Shown: positions 47,557-59,695 of the stretch, one piece after another
Layout of the letters: the number at the start of each line of letters is the position of its first letter
Numbering within the stretch: the first letter of the stretch is position 1
Assembly (NCBI GenBank): GCA_002633005.1
Contig: NMRA01000051.1
Location: 747,273 to 811,272 of the forward strand
Direction of reading: 5' to 3'
Length of the DNA: 64,000 nucleotides
DNA from: Phoronis australis
Lineage: Eukaryota > Animalia > Phoronida
Made by a program: the position numbers and the translations under genes
Notes under the pieces: generated by a model
Told to the model about the DNA's origin: nothing
The model's database searches: none
Seen by the model: only the letters and a program-made list of their open reading frames with translations

Positions 47557-50500
47557 ATGGCGTCGTGCAGTAGAGTCTTCTCGAAGTTAGCCGGTAGGTA
47601 TCATCGGATAATTCAAGCAAATCAACTGTGGCTTAAAATTCGAATGCGACATAAGGTGAAATTTCAGTTATATTGTTTCAGTTTTGTTTGATCATCCGTC
47701 CCAGTAAACTCCTGGTTTCTTTTTTTGGCCCTGGCAATACACCGCCTTGTGTCCAGTGTCGAGTGACCGTGGCGTGAACTGAATGTCGGCGACTCGACGT
47801 GATATTAGTTTCTCTAGGCAACACGTAGCCCCTCGGTTGGCCGGTTAGGGGCTTCAATACTTCCCATCGCTTTCTTTGTTAATTTCTTCCCTGTGTTTTA
47901 TTCGTCAACATGTGTGATTTCACGTAACTTCCTCAAAATGGCACCCGGTAAGAGAAACTTCAGGAGCAAACCGCGACAGATTTTCATAGATATCTTAAAG
48001 TTATGCTGACTAGATTGTATTCACACTCCAGAGCCATGGTATGTGTTAATTGTAACTCCATGTGCCCATACTGCATGTTTCATTTGGTTTTATTGGCTGA
48101 AATGAGTAACTTTTTATGGGGATGTACCATCACCCATGTGTGCCTGATCAGGCATTCGATTCAGGCAATGTAATTGCTATAGTTTTTCAAGCACTCTCAC
48201 ACACAAAGCTTTTCTGTTTTTTCAATCAATGATATGTGAAGAATTTTCATTTGGTTATTATTAAGTCACTATTTTCCAGTAGGATTTATTGCAACTTGAT
48301 TTGTGTTTGCATTAAGTTAAAATAAAAGTTAAAAACCTGACGAACCAGCTGTGGTCCTAGGGACTAATCTAGGAGTTGAAAAGTGGGGGTCCAAATTTGT
48401 AAGAATGGTGAGTCTCACAGTGCGGGATTCTGAGGCACACAGCGCCGAAAGGGGGGGGTTCTCTAGCTGAAGAAAAAATTGTAATTTATATAAAAATGGT
48501 CATTTTCCTTGCATTTTATTTAACATACTGTTTACCTGTTTTTTCTTATTCAAAGGATGACAAAGAATGAAACTAAACAAACATCAAAAGGTTTGATCTA
48601 TTCAGGATGTATGCATTGTCACCAGACTGCAAAAATCAAGATCTATAAATCTTTTTTGTAAGATAATCTGTGTAGAGATGCATGTTAGAAAAATAATTCA
48701 TAGCACGATTTCAGAACTCAATGCATCTTGAAGCTCTCAAAAAAGAAGTGTGTTACTTTAATTTAGTTGAGCAAGATAATTTAAACTGGTGAGAAAACAA
48801 TGAAGTTGCAAACGAAAGGACACAAAGAAAAATATCATTGAGTATACGTTTCTATGTTTCATTACACCACACAGTACTGCAATTCATAAGTCTACAGTTT
48901 ACAAGAGAACACGTATCCTCAACAAATTCATAACTCAGGCCCACCGGCGCTCGACACAGGCGAAAATGTCCACTCGAAAGTGGGAGTGACGGCATATTTA
49001 CATTCACGCTTCTATACCCGGACTTTGCTTCGTAAGAGATGATGACCACAAAAGAAATGTTGGAACTCTGTGTTTGAATTTGGGACTCGTATTTTTATGT
49101 TTACCAAGCGCTTTACTCGTAAATTTGGTGTTGCCTGGAGTTTGACTACGGGCATCGCTAGTGGTAGCCGGGGACATCATGCTTGTTAGCGTCTTCTGCA
49201 GTGCATTGTAAATGGAGGCTTTGTTGAAATTGACTGTTACCAGTCCCAAAGTTTACACAGTCTTTCATACTATGCTACAACAAATTTGTTCAAACTCGCC
49301 TAATAATCATGGAATTCCGCAAAAAGTTGAAGTATTTCGAGGCTTTACTTTCATGCTAATTTAGTCATTGTATCCGTTACTCACATGAGACTGAACATTT
49401 TTTCTCGTGAAGTTTACACTACATTCTTGCACACCAATATGTCGTTCGGCCGGGGCGGAATTTTTGTAATTTTTTCATTCGTTCAAGTTGCAACGAAACA
49501 GTGCAAACAAATTAAGACAGTTTGCGATAAGTGTTATCTGGTTCAAAATGCATGTTCAACGACTTTGATGGCATTTGTATGGCAGGTCAGTCCTAGAATT
49601 TTGGCGGGCATCGTTTTTCTTAAACCTGCATGTTTTCGTATTTCAAATTGGTCGCTCCGTCAAATACAATTAGAGAGTGCCACTACTTCAATTTCGCCAA
49701 CTAGCATTAGGTGCACGGCAAATTCTTTGAACTTCGGGGTCTGTGTACTTCCAATTCTAAAGATTAAGCGTCCATGTACAGTAGTTAGCGCTGGATGCAA
49801 TACTTCTCGACACTCGCCATGAGGTCACCCTGACGTCAAAGAACATGAAGGTATTCCCTAAAAAATATGGCTGCCAGAATTTGCCAATCGTCATTGTGAC
49901 ATTTGTAGTAAAAATAGACACTAACAATCGCTGACGTCGGGTTTTTTTCTGAATGGTTATCGAACTAGAACAATGGATTGTAGGTTTCAGTAAAATTTAT
50001 AAATCATATAAATCATAAATGTTAAAATTATTCGCTTAGCCATCGTTTTCGACGAGGTTGTCGTGAAACAGGCTGTCTTTTTTGTCTTAGCCATGCCGTC
50101 CAAGCCCTCGTTTTTTTAAATGACCGTCCCAATGATAGCCAGGACGGCCGCTAGATGAGTTCCTGCTGTGACCACACGTCATCTGATCGTCCTCAATACA
50201 CTATATATAATACCAGGAAGACATTACCTAAAAGGTCTGACACTCAGGACTAGGAATTCCACTGGTGCTTCACTTCAGCCATTCTCATCAAACACAATTA
50301 AATGTCAATGAATTTACACGAAACAGGGATTCAACAAACCATGAGCAATTGTTTCTCCTGATAGCATTTACAGTGTCTTATTCCAGCGAGTTTGCAATGT
50401 GAGTTTGGATAAAGAATGATAAAAATAATGTATGCAGTCAGGTAGATTGTTTTGAAGTTTGTTCAAATTAGAACGCAGTCAATATTTCGTAATGGTAAAA

Positions 50501-53500
50501 TTTCGTTTATTACAATTTTCAACAAGAGCAACCAAGAAGGCATTTTTACTTGATTATTTGAAAAGTTTTTATAGTCCCCAGCGAACACAATAAAATTTTG
50601 AATATTTTTGGTTATACAGCGAGCATTTTAAATTTAAAAATTTACTGTTTTGGCTGTTTGAATTTGTCGGTTCACCGTTTTTTCTTCATATTCTGTCTGT
50701 AAACTACCTGCTGGCTGGCTATATTTATCCTGCCCTACATGGCTTTCATTTCCAACATTACAGCACTGGTAAATAGATACGCTTGATGGCTGCCTTTTGC
50801 TAGGTGTCATTTCTTTTAAAGCTTTATTCACTTCCAGCTCAGCGGCTAGGTGTAAGGACTTGCTACACAGCGACACGACCTTCACTGTTGATCAACAAAG
50901 ACACCCGTGTCATCTGCCAAGGGTTCACTGGTAAACAGGGCACATTTCACAGCAAGCAATCCATCGAATATGGCACAAACATGGTCGGGGGCGTGTCACC
51001 AGGGAAAGGGGGTCAGACTCACCTCGATTTACCCGTGTTCAATTCTGTCAAAGAGGTGAGTTGCAGCAGGACATTTCTGTGCAAGGATATTGTGATGGAT
51101 AATTGTCTGGGAAGGGGGAGAGTGCATGTTTGTCATGAATTACAGGGACGTTTTCGGTGAGACAAAAAAAATTACAGAAAATAGCTTGAACAGGGAATTG
51201 AATCTACTAGCTCCACAATAGCTCATGCACGCTCTACAGCTGAGCCAAATGTCACGCGTTAAATAGCGGGGTATTTTAAGCATATTTAAGTGGTAAAGAT
51301 ACTGGCCTTAATTTCAATGAATGTCTGGTAGACGACAGCGAGGCTTGGCGATATGTAATAAAATCACAAAAACAACAGATTTTGTTGCTCTGGTCAAAGC
51401 TACAAACTTCAAGTAGATGTCTATGCTGCGTCAGAGTTACAAGTTTGGATTTTGTCATGAAAAGTTTAGCGTACTTACATTGCGTTTGAAAATCAAATTA
51501 CAACGTAGTTGCTAATTAGTTACTAATTTGATCTCATAGGAGAATAGTTATTTCTTTAGCAAAACAAGACATTTTTGTTGTTGTACCAATTTCAAGGCTT
51601 TACCTACAAATCCTCACAGTATGATCATTGGCTTTAGTATAGTTAATTTCTAATTCCTGGTGAGTTTGAATGTTCTGTTGTTGACAATGTGGAGAAGACT
51701 TAGTAATGTATGAGAGTGACGATTGAGCTCATCTTCAATGTTCTCCACAACCTGTTTTAACACATTATAGTGTCCTTTTTGCCAGCACTTGAAGCTTTTT
51801 TTNNNNNNNNNNNNNNNNNNNNNNNNNNNNNNNNNNNNNNNNNNNNNNNNNNNNNNNNNNNNNNNNNNNNNNNNNNNNNNNNNNNNNNNNNNNNNNNNNN
51901 NNNNNNNNNNNNNNNNNNNNNNNNNNNNNNNNNNNNNNNNNNNNNNNNNNNNNNNNNNNNNNNNNNNNNNNNNNGAATATGGCACAAACATGGTCGGGGG
52001 CGTGTCACCAGGGAAAGGGGGTCAGACTCACCTCGATTTACCCGTGTTCAATTCTGTCAAAGAGGTGAGTTGCAGCAGGACATTTCTGTGCAAGGATATT
52101 GTGATGGATAATTGTCTGGAAAGGGGGAGAGTGCATGTTTGTCATGAATTACAGGGACGTTTTCGGTGGGACAAAAAAAATTACAGAAAATAGCTTGAAC
52201 AGGGAATTGAATCTACTAGCTCCACAATAGCTCATGCACGCTCTACAGCTGAGCCAAATGTCACGCGTTAAATAGCAGGGTATTTTAAGCATATTTAAGT
52301 GGTAAAGATACTGGCCTTAATTTCAATGAATGTCTGGTAGACGACAGCGAGGCTTGGCGATATGTAATAAAATCACAAAAACAACAGATTTTGTTGCTCT
52401 GGTCAAAGCTACAAACTTCAAGTAGATGTCTATGCTGCGTCAGAGTTACAAGTTTGGATTTTGTCATGAAAAGTTTAGCGTACTTACATTGCGTTTGAAA
52501 ATCAAATTACAACGTAGTTGCTAATTAGTTACTAATTTGATCTCATAGGAGAATAGTTATTTCTTTAGCAAAACAAGACATTTTTGTTGTTGTACCAATT
52601 TCAAGGCTTTACCTACAAATCCTCACAGTATGATCATTGGCTTTAGTATAGTTAATTTCTAATTCCTGGTGAGTTTGAATGTTCTGTTGTTGACAATGTG
52701 GAGAAGACTTAGTAATGTATGAGAGTGACGATTGAGCTCATCTTCAATGTTCTCCACAACCTGTTTTAACACATTATAGTGTCCTTTTTGCCAGCACTTG
52801 AAGCTTTTTTTGTTTTTACAACACTGATGTGCATTACATCAGGAAACAGGGAAGGTGAATGCAACTGAATGTACTTTTACACTGTACTTGGAATGTCGGC
52901 TGCCGCATGCTTTTATTTCTCACACATTTGGGTTTTCAGTCACGGAGAACACTGTTTTCCACATCCAATAGATGAAGCTTGAACTTATTTAGTCATTCAC
53001 TGCGGAACAGAGTTATGTGATTTTTCCTTTTTAAATAACATGATGTGAGAGTACAACAAATAGATGCTTGAGACAGTTGAGCAAAACAATACCCGAGCAA
53101 CACATGACTCCCGCTATCTTAAACATAGCTTTTCACTCAGGAAGACGACTCACAGAGCTGTAAACTCAGTTCCCTGACTCTCAAACACTGCCCCACACAA
53201 TACTCAGGTCTGGCACCTGTATACACAGCTCATGGACTCTAGTCCAAGTCATGCAAGCCACTCAGTGAGCCATATTTTTGGGGTGCATGAGCTGTGTTTT
53301 TTTATTCAGGTCCATGAGCCATGTCCATGAGTTCATGAACCATGTTGTTTGTAGCCTGAGCTTTTAAAAATGTTTCCAATGGAGGCTCCTGAGCTTGAAT
53401 GAAGCCGCATTATGCATTGTACAAATCTCATGACAAAATTCTTTTTGTTGATCATGTTTGCATATATTTCACTTTGTTCAACTGCAGGCTAGAGATGCAA

Positions 53501-56500
53501 CAAACTGCGATGCCTCAGTAATCTACGTACCACCACCTTTCGCAGCAGCTGCCATCATGGAAGCCCTGGATGCCGAAGTGCCACTAATTGTAGTCATCAC
53601 TGAGGGAATCCCCCAGCAGGACATGGTGCGTGTGAAGAACCGCCTCCTGCAGCAGGACAAATCACGTGTCATAGGGCCTAACTGTCCGGGCATCATTAAG
53701 GTATGTGCATTCTTTACTGTATTCTATAATCAGTGTTTCCACTTGTCTTGCCAAAACCTGGAGGTAATTTTTTTGTTTAAAGTAGCTTCCATTGGCCTTT
53801 TTTGGATAGCCTGAGATGGGATACACAATGAGTTATGGGATAACTGTCATCTAAAGTAGCGCCACCTGATTTTATGAAAATATCAAACATTGCATAGAAC
53901 AAAAAATGAAGTCACAATCAAGAAAACTGTAACAGCGTTTGTGAGATTCCATGTTGAACATTTATATTGAGCAAAATTTGGTCATGTTATTGATGCTGAT
54001 GTTTGTACTTTCTTGCAAGATTACACTAAAAGAAATGCACAGTGAATCAATCAATAGCAGATTGGTATAAAAGTGCGTCATCACATTTTACAGGCTTTCT
54101 TCTTTCAGAAAATATTGACTTTTACCGAATTAAAATCTCTAGTTTTGTAAATATTTGGCTAAATTTCTAGGCTAGTGAATAAGGTACTACATGACCTTAA
54201 CTGCCAGCTTATCGAGAAAATGATGGGCTGCATGACATTTTTATTTTGGTTCTGGATTAGGTGACTGTTATCCCACAAATATATGCTATGTTTTTGCTAT
54301 CCGTAAAAAGCCAACGCATTAAAAACTGATGGAAAATTTTACAAGCTACATTGAAGTAGTTTATTTTGTGATGAGTCGCATCGCTGGTTCATGCACTCAG
54401 CTTTGCTTGGCAGGAGTCTTTAGTTGAATATGGATAATGTGAGAGAAGCTGTAATTTGAGTCAATATTTCTATTGAGGATTGTCTATTGTCAACACTGGG
54501 CTTAGACATTTCACTAGTTGTAAGTTGTTGTTTTGTTGTATTACAGCCAGGCGAATGTAAAATCGGTATCATGCCTGGACACATCCATCAACCAGGGAGG
54601 GTCGGGATTGTGTCGCGTTCTGGTAAGTTAAGAAGGTTTCAAGCGCAATTGCCGCTGCTTGGTTGCTTAGGTGAGATCAGTTCGCTGCAAAGATTTTCAA
54701 GAAGTAAAAGCTGAACGATCTGTGTACGGAAACTCCGTTTTGTGGGCTTAAGCAGAGGTTCACCACACTGTGTCCATTCTTCAGTATAGCTGATGTGTGA
54801 TTTCTCACAGTTTCCTTGTACCAGTCTGGTACATTTTAAACAGTTATGATTGATTTCCAAAAATGGTAAACTCTTCTAGGCAAACACAAGCAAAATTTGT
54901 AAGCTTGAAATATAAGCATAGGTACAACCAGTTAGGCCAAAGAAAAAAGCTTAGTCGTTTCTGGTCTGCACCCCAACTCATTTTGAAATCTGCATCTCAA
55001 TATAAAGAAAGATCAAGCGCTCTTCCCCATGAGTTTCAGCCAAGTTCTTGAACTTTGTTCAAACGCCACGCACACACTGATTTTAAGCTACAAAGTCAGC
55101 TGCAATCACCTCGTGGTTAGTGGGAATTTACTCACTCCCCCATTACACTTGTGCTGCAGGAGCTGAATTTACCACATGTTCCGGGGGAAATGTTGGTAGT
55201 ACTTGATAATTTCCTTGAATTTAGACTTTTGAAACTAGATGTCTGAATTAAAATGCTTGAATCTGTTTTTTTAAGTTTGTTTTAAACCTGTAAACAGCAA
55301 TTTTTTGATTTTGTTTTAACTTTCAAAATATACATAATCTGATTAAAATTACAGTATTTGGCCACTGTTTCACTGTTAATTTTATATTTTTAACTGAAGT
55401 GCAGTGTGATTAAAAGCCTAAATTGTTGCTGAATAAGCCAGCTTGTCCTGTAACACGCAATGCGTATGAACTCATAATCTTAGGGTTGCCCAACCCCAAT
55501 AAACTCTAAAGTGTTTTCTTGAGTCCATTATGATTTTGATGTTCTTGTGTTTATCAGAAATCAAATCTTATCATAGTATGGATTATCATGAGACCGATTT
55601 AATTGGCTTAATTTATTTTTGTTGTTTTCACAGCTAAATAGTGTGGAAATGCATTTAGAAGCTCTGAGTTGATCCAAATGAAGAGTCTATATCTTCATTT
55701 CAGGCACTCTAACATACGAAGCTGTTCATCAAACTACGCTTTCTGGTCTTGGGCAGTCATTATGCGTCGGTATTGGTGGTGACCCGTTCAACGGAACCAA
55801 CTTCATTGACTGTCTAGAAATCTTCCTCAAGGATCCCCAGACAGAAGGTAGGAAGAATCTCTTAACACATGAAAGCATAAAAGTTTTACCAGCTTGCTGG
55901 TGGCTGGGTCTCCACCACCTTAACAGCCAAACGTGGTCTTAGTTAAGGTGCATTTATCTCTTATGAATCGTTTTTCCTCAAGATGTAGTAATGTTAAATG
56001 TTTTTTTTTAGTTAAGTTCCAGTCCATTAAGCAAACTAAGCTACAACTTGGGGTCCCGCCTCGTAGCCACAGCAGCTGTCAAAAGTTGTGTCAAAGGGGC
56101 TGAGGGGGATGAAATTGCAGCAAACTGACTGGCTCAAAAATTGTTGTAACCAGGGTGGTGGAAAACTGTGATTCCTCGGGGCAGCACAAGTTCTAGGGCC
56201 CTAACTTTTTATGACTTTGGGGTCCCCCCAAAAAGAAGCCTTATTCCCAGCACTGATTGAGAAGCACTTTAACATAACATTCTATCCCTGAACATTTGAG
56301 GTTTATCTAAGTTTGTGAGGTTATTGTACTTTCATATATTGCTTGTGCTTTACAGGTATTTGTATGATTGGCGAGATCGGTGGTGCGGCGGAGGAGAAAG
56401 CAGCAGAGTACCTGGCCGAACATAACACGGTGGGTAGTTACTTAGTGATTGTATGTGTTTGTTGTGTCTTGACGTGCAGCCTGCTTGAGACACGAGCAAG

Positions 56501-58330
56501 AGTTGGCGGGAGTACAAGATTTTATCACCATTTGCAGTGCTCTTTGTGTCGTGGAAATGAATTATGGACAAATGCCACCATCACTCATCATATCCGCATT
56601 TTTGTAATACAGGATCTTATTAATCAAAACATTCAACACCTGCTGTTGTGTGAATCTGAATGTCCCAGGGCAATAGTCATATTACCTAAACAATGCACCA
56701 TTGATTTAGTTTTATGGTTCAAATGTTGCTCTGAAAATGGTGTCTATTATTTAGTAATTATCTTGACATTGAAATATTGTTATATTCTGCATTTTCTCCA
56801 GGGTCCCAATGCCAAACCAGTTGTGTCTTTCATTGCTGGTCTAACAGCGCCCCCTGGCCGTCGTATGGGCCATGCTGGAGCAATCATTTCTGGTGGCAAG
56901 GGCGGAGCCGAGGACAAGATCAATGCACTGAAAGAGGCGGGAGTGTTTGTTACCATGTCACCAGCCCAGATGGGCACTTCTATGCTTAAGGTAAGATGGA
57001 ATAGTCTGGCGATAGATTAATTGAAGTTATGACTGTGCCTGACTCATTTTGAGACCTGCGCTCAGTGACTAAAAAGACATCTGCTCATATCACTTTCAGC
57101 CAGTGTCTTGTGCTTTTTGAAAAGCTGCAAAAAGTTACGTGAGTAAGATTTGAAATATCCTGATTTGCCAAGTGATGAGTAAAAATTGTGCATCATTTTG
57201 CTTCTCCCATGTATGTTCGTACAGTGCCACCTATCGACCACTGATTTTTACAAAAACACAGACTTAGAGCAAAGTCTGCTTTTTTGTTCTTAATCAATAT
57301 AAGAATGGGTCGCTAAAAGTTCTCAAGCACCGATTTTTTAAGCCAGTGGTCATACATACAATAGACAACAAGGTGGGAGGCACTGGAAGACCAGAGCCAG
57401 CATGCAGTGCACCCTTGTGAGCCACTCATTCAACATAGGTTTTTCACATGTTATGACCAAAGACTTCACCTCTGTGTCATTCTCAACATACTGAAGTATT
57501 GTAATTTTTTAATTTAACGTCATTTAAAAATATGTAACATCCATTTATGAATATTTTGAGATTCAGCACGCACTAAAAGTAATCCTATGAAATTCCACTT
57601 CATGAATTGGGGCTGACTGCGACTGTTTATTTCTGCAATGCTGATTATGAATTTTGCTTCAACTAAGCCTTCATATCAGGGAATTCCGCCAGTCATCACG
57701 ACATAGAATCTAAAATGTCCATGTGTATTTCTGCTTTGATGTTGCACTAGAATAAGAGCTAAAGTTTCGTTTCTCGATTTTTTGATGGATATCTTTCTTG
57801 GTATTAATAATCAAAACTTATTACTGCAAAAAATGTTTAATTCCTTTTTGTCTTGTGTATTGACAATTATAAACAAAATTTTACTGCTAGGCGTTATTAT
57901 GTGCCCTGTAGGTGAAATATTTGTGGATTTTCTGTATTAGGAGACAAACTAGTTTACTTTCCACTCTTGTCTTTCATCTGTCTTAGTACAAGACGAATGT
58001 AATCAGACAACATACTGTTTCTCCGTCATGATGGTTAATTCTGTTAACAACGAAAATGGCTGGTTATAACAATTTTAGATTCAAAATTTTAACTGCAGAA
58101 TGGCTTAGTCACGTCTATTACTGTCCCCTTCATTCTCAGTCATGAGAGAAGACTACTTTAACAAGGAATTTGACTTCCGCTCAGCCGCCATAAGATGACG
58201 GGGAGTTCCTGGCCATTTTGTACGAATACTTCTGGTGTGTATGGTTCACCTACAATATTGCAATATGACACAAAAATTTACAAATTTTCTTTTTTTTTTT
58301 CAGGAATTTGAAAAGAAAGGATTGGTGTGA
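47557..58330 (+). CDS. SUCLG1: Succinate-CoA ligase alpha subunit, mitochondrial (325 aa, 8 exons)
   Basis: Exons 47557-47593 ([12 protein letters not shown]), 50838-51055, 53488-53700, 54547-54622, 55704-55847, 56356-56429, 56802-56990 and 58304-58330. Motifs [51 protein letters not shown] and [10 protein letters not shown] (phospho-His). AATAAA at 58769. Confidence 0.97.
51185..51256 (-). mobile_element. Degenerate tRNA-derived SINE head
   Basis: The minus strand reads TGGCTCAGCTGTAGAGCG (A-box-like) ... AGATTCAATTCC (B-box-like), with no intact cloverleaf. Similar heads occur at about 300-368 and 32228-32290. Confidence 0.4.
51803..51974. other. Assembly gap flanked by a redundant ~837-bp overlap
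   Basis: N run; 50966-51802 is repeated at 51975-52811 with about three differences. Confidence 0.9.
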
Positions 58331-59547
58331 TGAGATTGTCCATTCTTCAGTTCAAGTTGATTTTGTACCAGAACTGCAGTTAACTGTACAGACCTTGAAT
58401 AGTTCACTCACTTTGATCTGGCCTTTTGTCACTTTTTCTGCTATTGACATCATGTGCGTTCCTGCTTGTCTGAAATTTGTAATTTTGAAATAAGTTTATT
58501 CTGGACAAAATTTTTGTGATGATCTGTGGATATGAAAGAATTGTGATCAAATTGTCATTGTTAATGTTATTATTTTTCAAACGATTTTTCTGTAAGTTAT
58601 CCGAACCTATTCTGTGATTATCGTCTGCATTCAGCAGGATTGCCATAACGTCTGATAGTTATCGTTTTGACAATAGGTGGTGCTGTAGGTTTTCAGCCAC
58701 TTGGAGTGTATATAAGGGAAGTAGATTCAAGTATTTATGTGTGAAGTTGTAAAAGCACTCTGGACCTGAAATAAATTACAACTGGCATTCAATTGGCTTT
58801 TGTTCTAAAGGCATTTTTTTGAAGAAATACTTTTTCTCTGACAGTGATCTGAATCATATGAGAATGGCAAGTGAGAAATGTCTCGCTCTGTGTCAATTTA
58901 CATTCAGATTTGCATCAGCAATATTGTGCTGCAGTCGATGTTGCAGTTGGCCACAATATACATAGACAATGTGAAAGTTTGCAGCCAGGTTTTAGGAACA
59001 CACAACTCAAACTAGTCTACCATCATAAACTAGCATTTCTTTTTGGAAATGAGACCAGTCCTTATTTCACTAATATGTGGCTTGGTCATCCAATGTGAAA
59101 CTTGAAAATGCCGATGGAAAGGACGAAGCCAAAATTGGGAAGAAGTGGCCCAAAAATAATGAATTATGAGGCGTTTTATGACGAGTAGGTCGACCATTTT
59201 TTGCATGATTTTAGCCAATTTTTGTAAATGTATCCCACGAACATTAAAGTTGCATGATTATAGGAGTTGTTCACTCGAACAAAGAGTCCATGTTTAGACT
59301 CGCATATGTGGGCCTTTCATACCAGTCTTTTTGCAGATTTTGTCGCAAAATTCTCACTCTGGTTAGAAAAGCTAAGGAAAGTTTAAGATTCCAGAAAACC
59401 CTCAAAAAGGCTCGTATAAACTGGCGTAGGGATAGTACTTGATCAAGCTACTAGTTCCAGCTCAGTAATCAGTTAGGTCGGGGGAGTGTGTACAGTGTAA
59501 GCGACAAGAATCATCCACACTTTCTAGTTGTAAACGACTATAGATGC

Positions 59548-59695
59548 CAGTGACGGATTTACATGACCTCCCTAAAATTCTCTCAGATTCCATTTGGCAG
59601 TAATTCGGGGGTGCGAATGTCTGACGGGCAAAATCCTGGCTAATACTCTGCCATGCCCCCCCCCCCTCCAACTCAGAATCCTGGAAAAGCCCCTG
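59548..59695. mobile_element. hAT-like MITE, 5-bp TSD (family copy 3)
   Basis: Shares CCCTAAAATTCTC.CAGATTCCATTTG...TTCGGGGGTGCGAATGTCTG.CGGGCAAAATCCTGG with 12427-12577; flanks GATGC/GATGG. Confidence 0.75.

Noticed and set aside
50966-52811. Apparent duplicated SUCLG1 exon 2 (mutually exclusive exon?)
   Set aside because: The duplication exactly brackets the N gap and includes near-identical intron sequence, so it is most likely an allelic overlap artefact.
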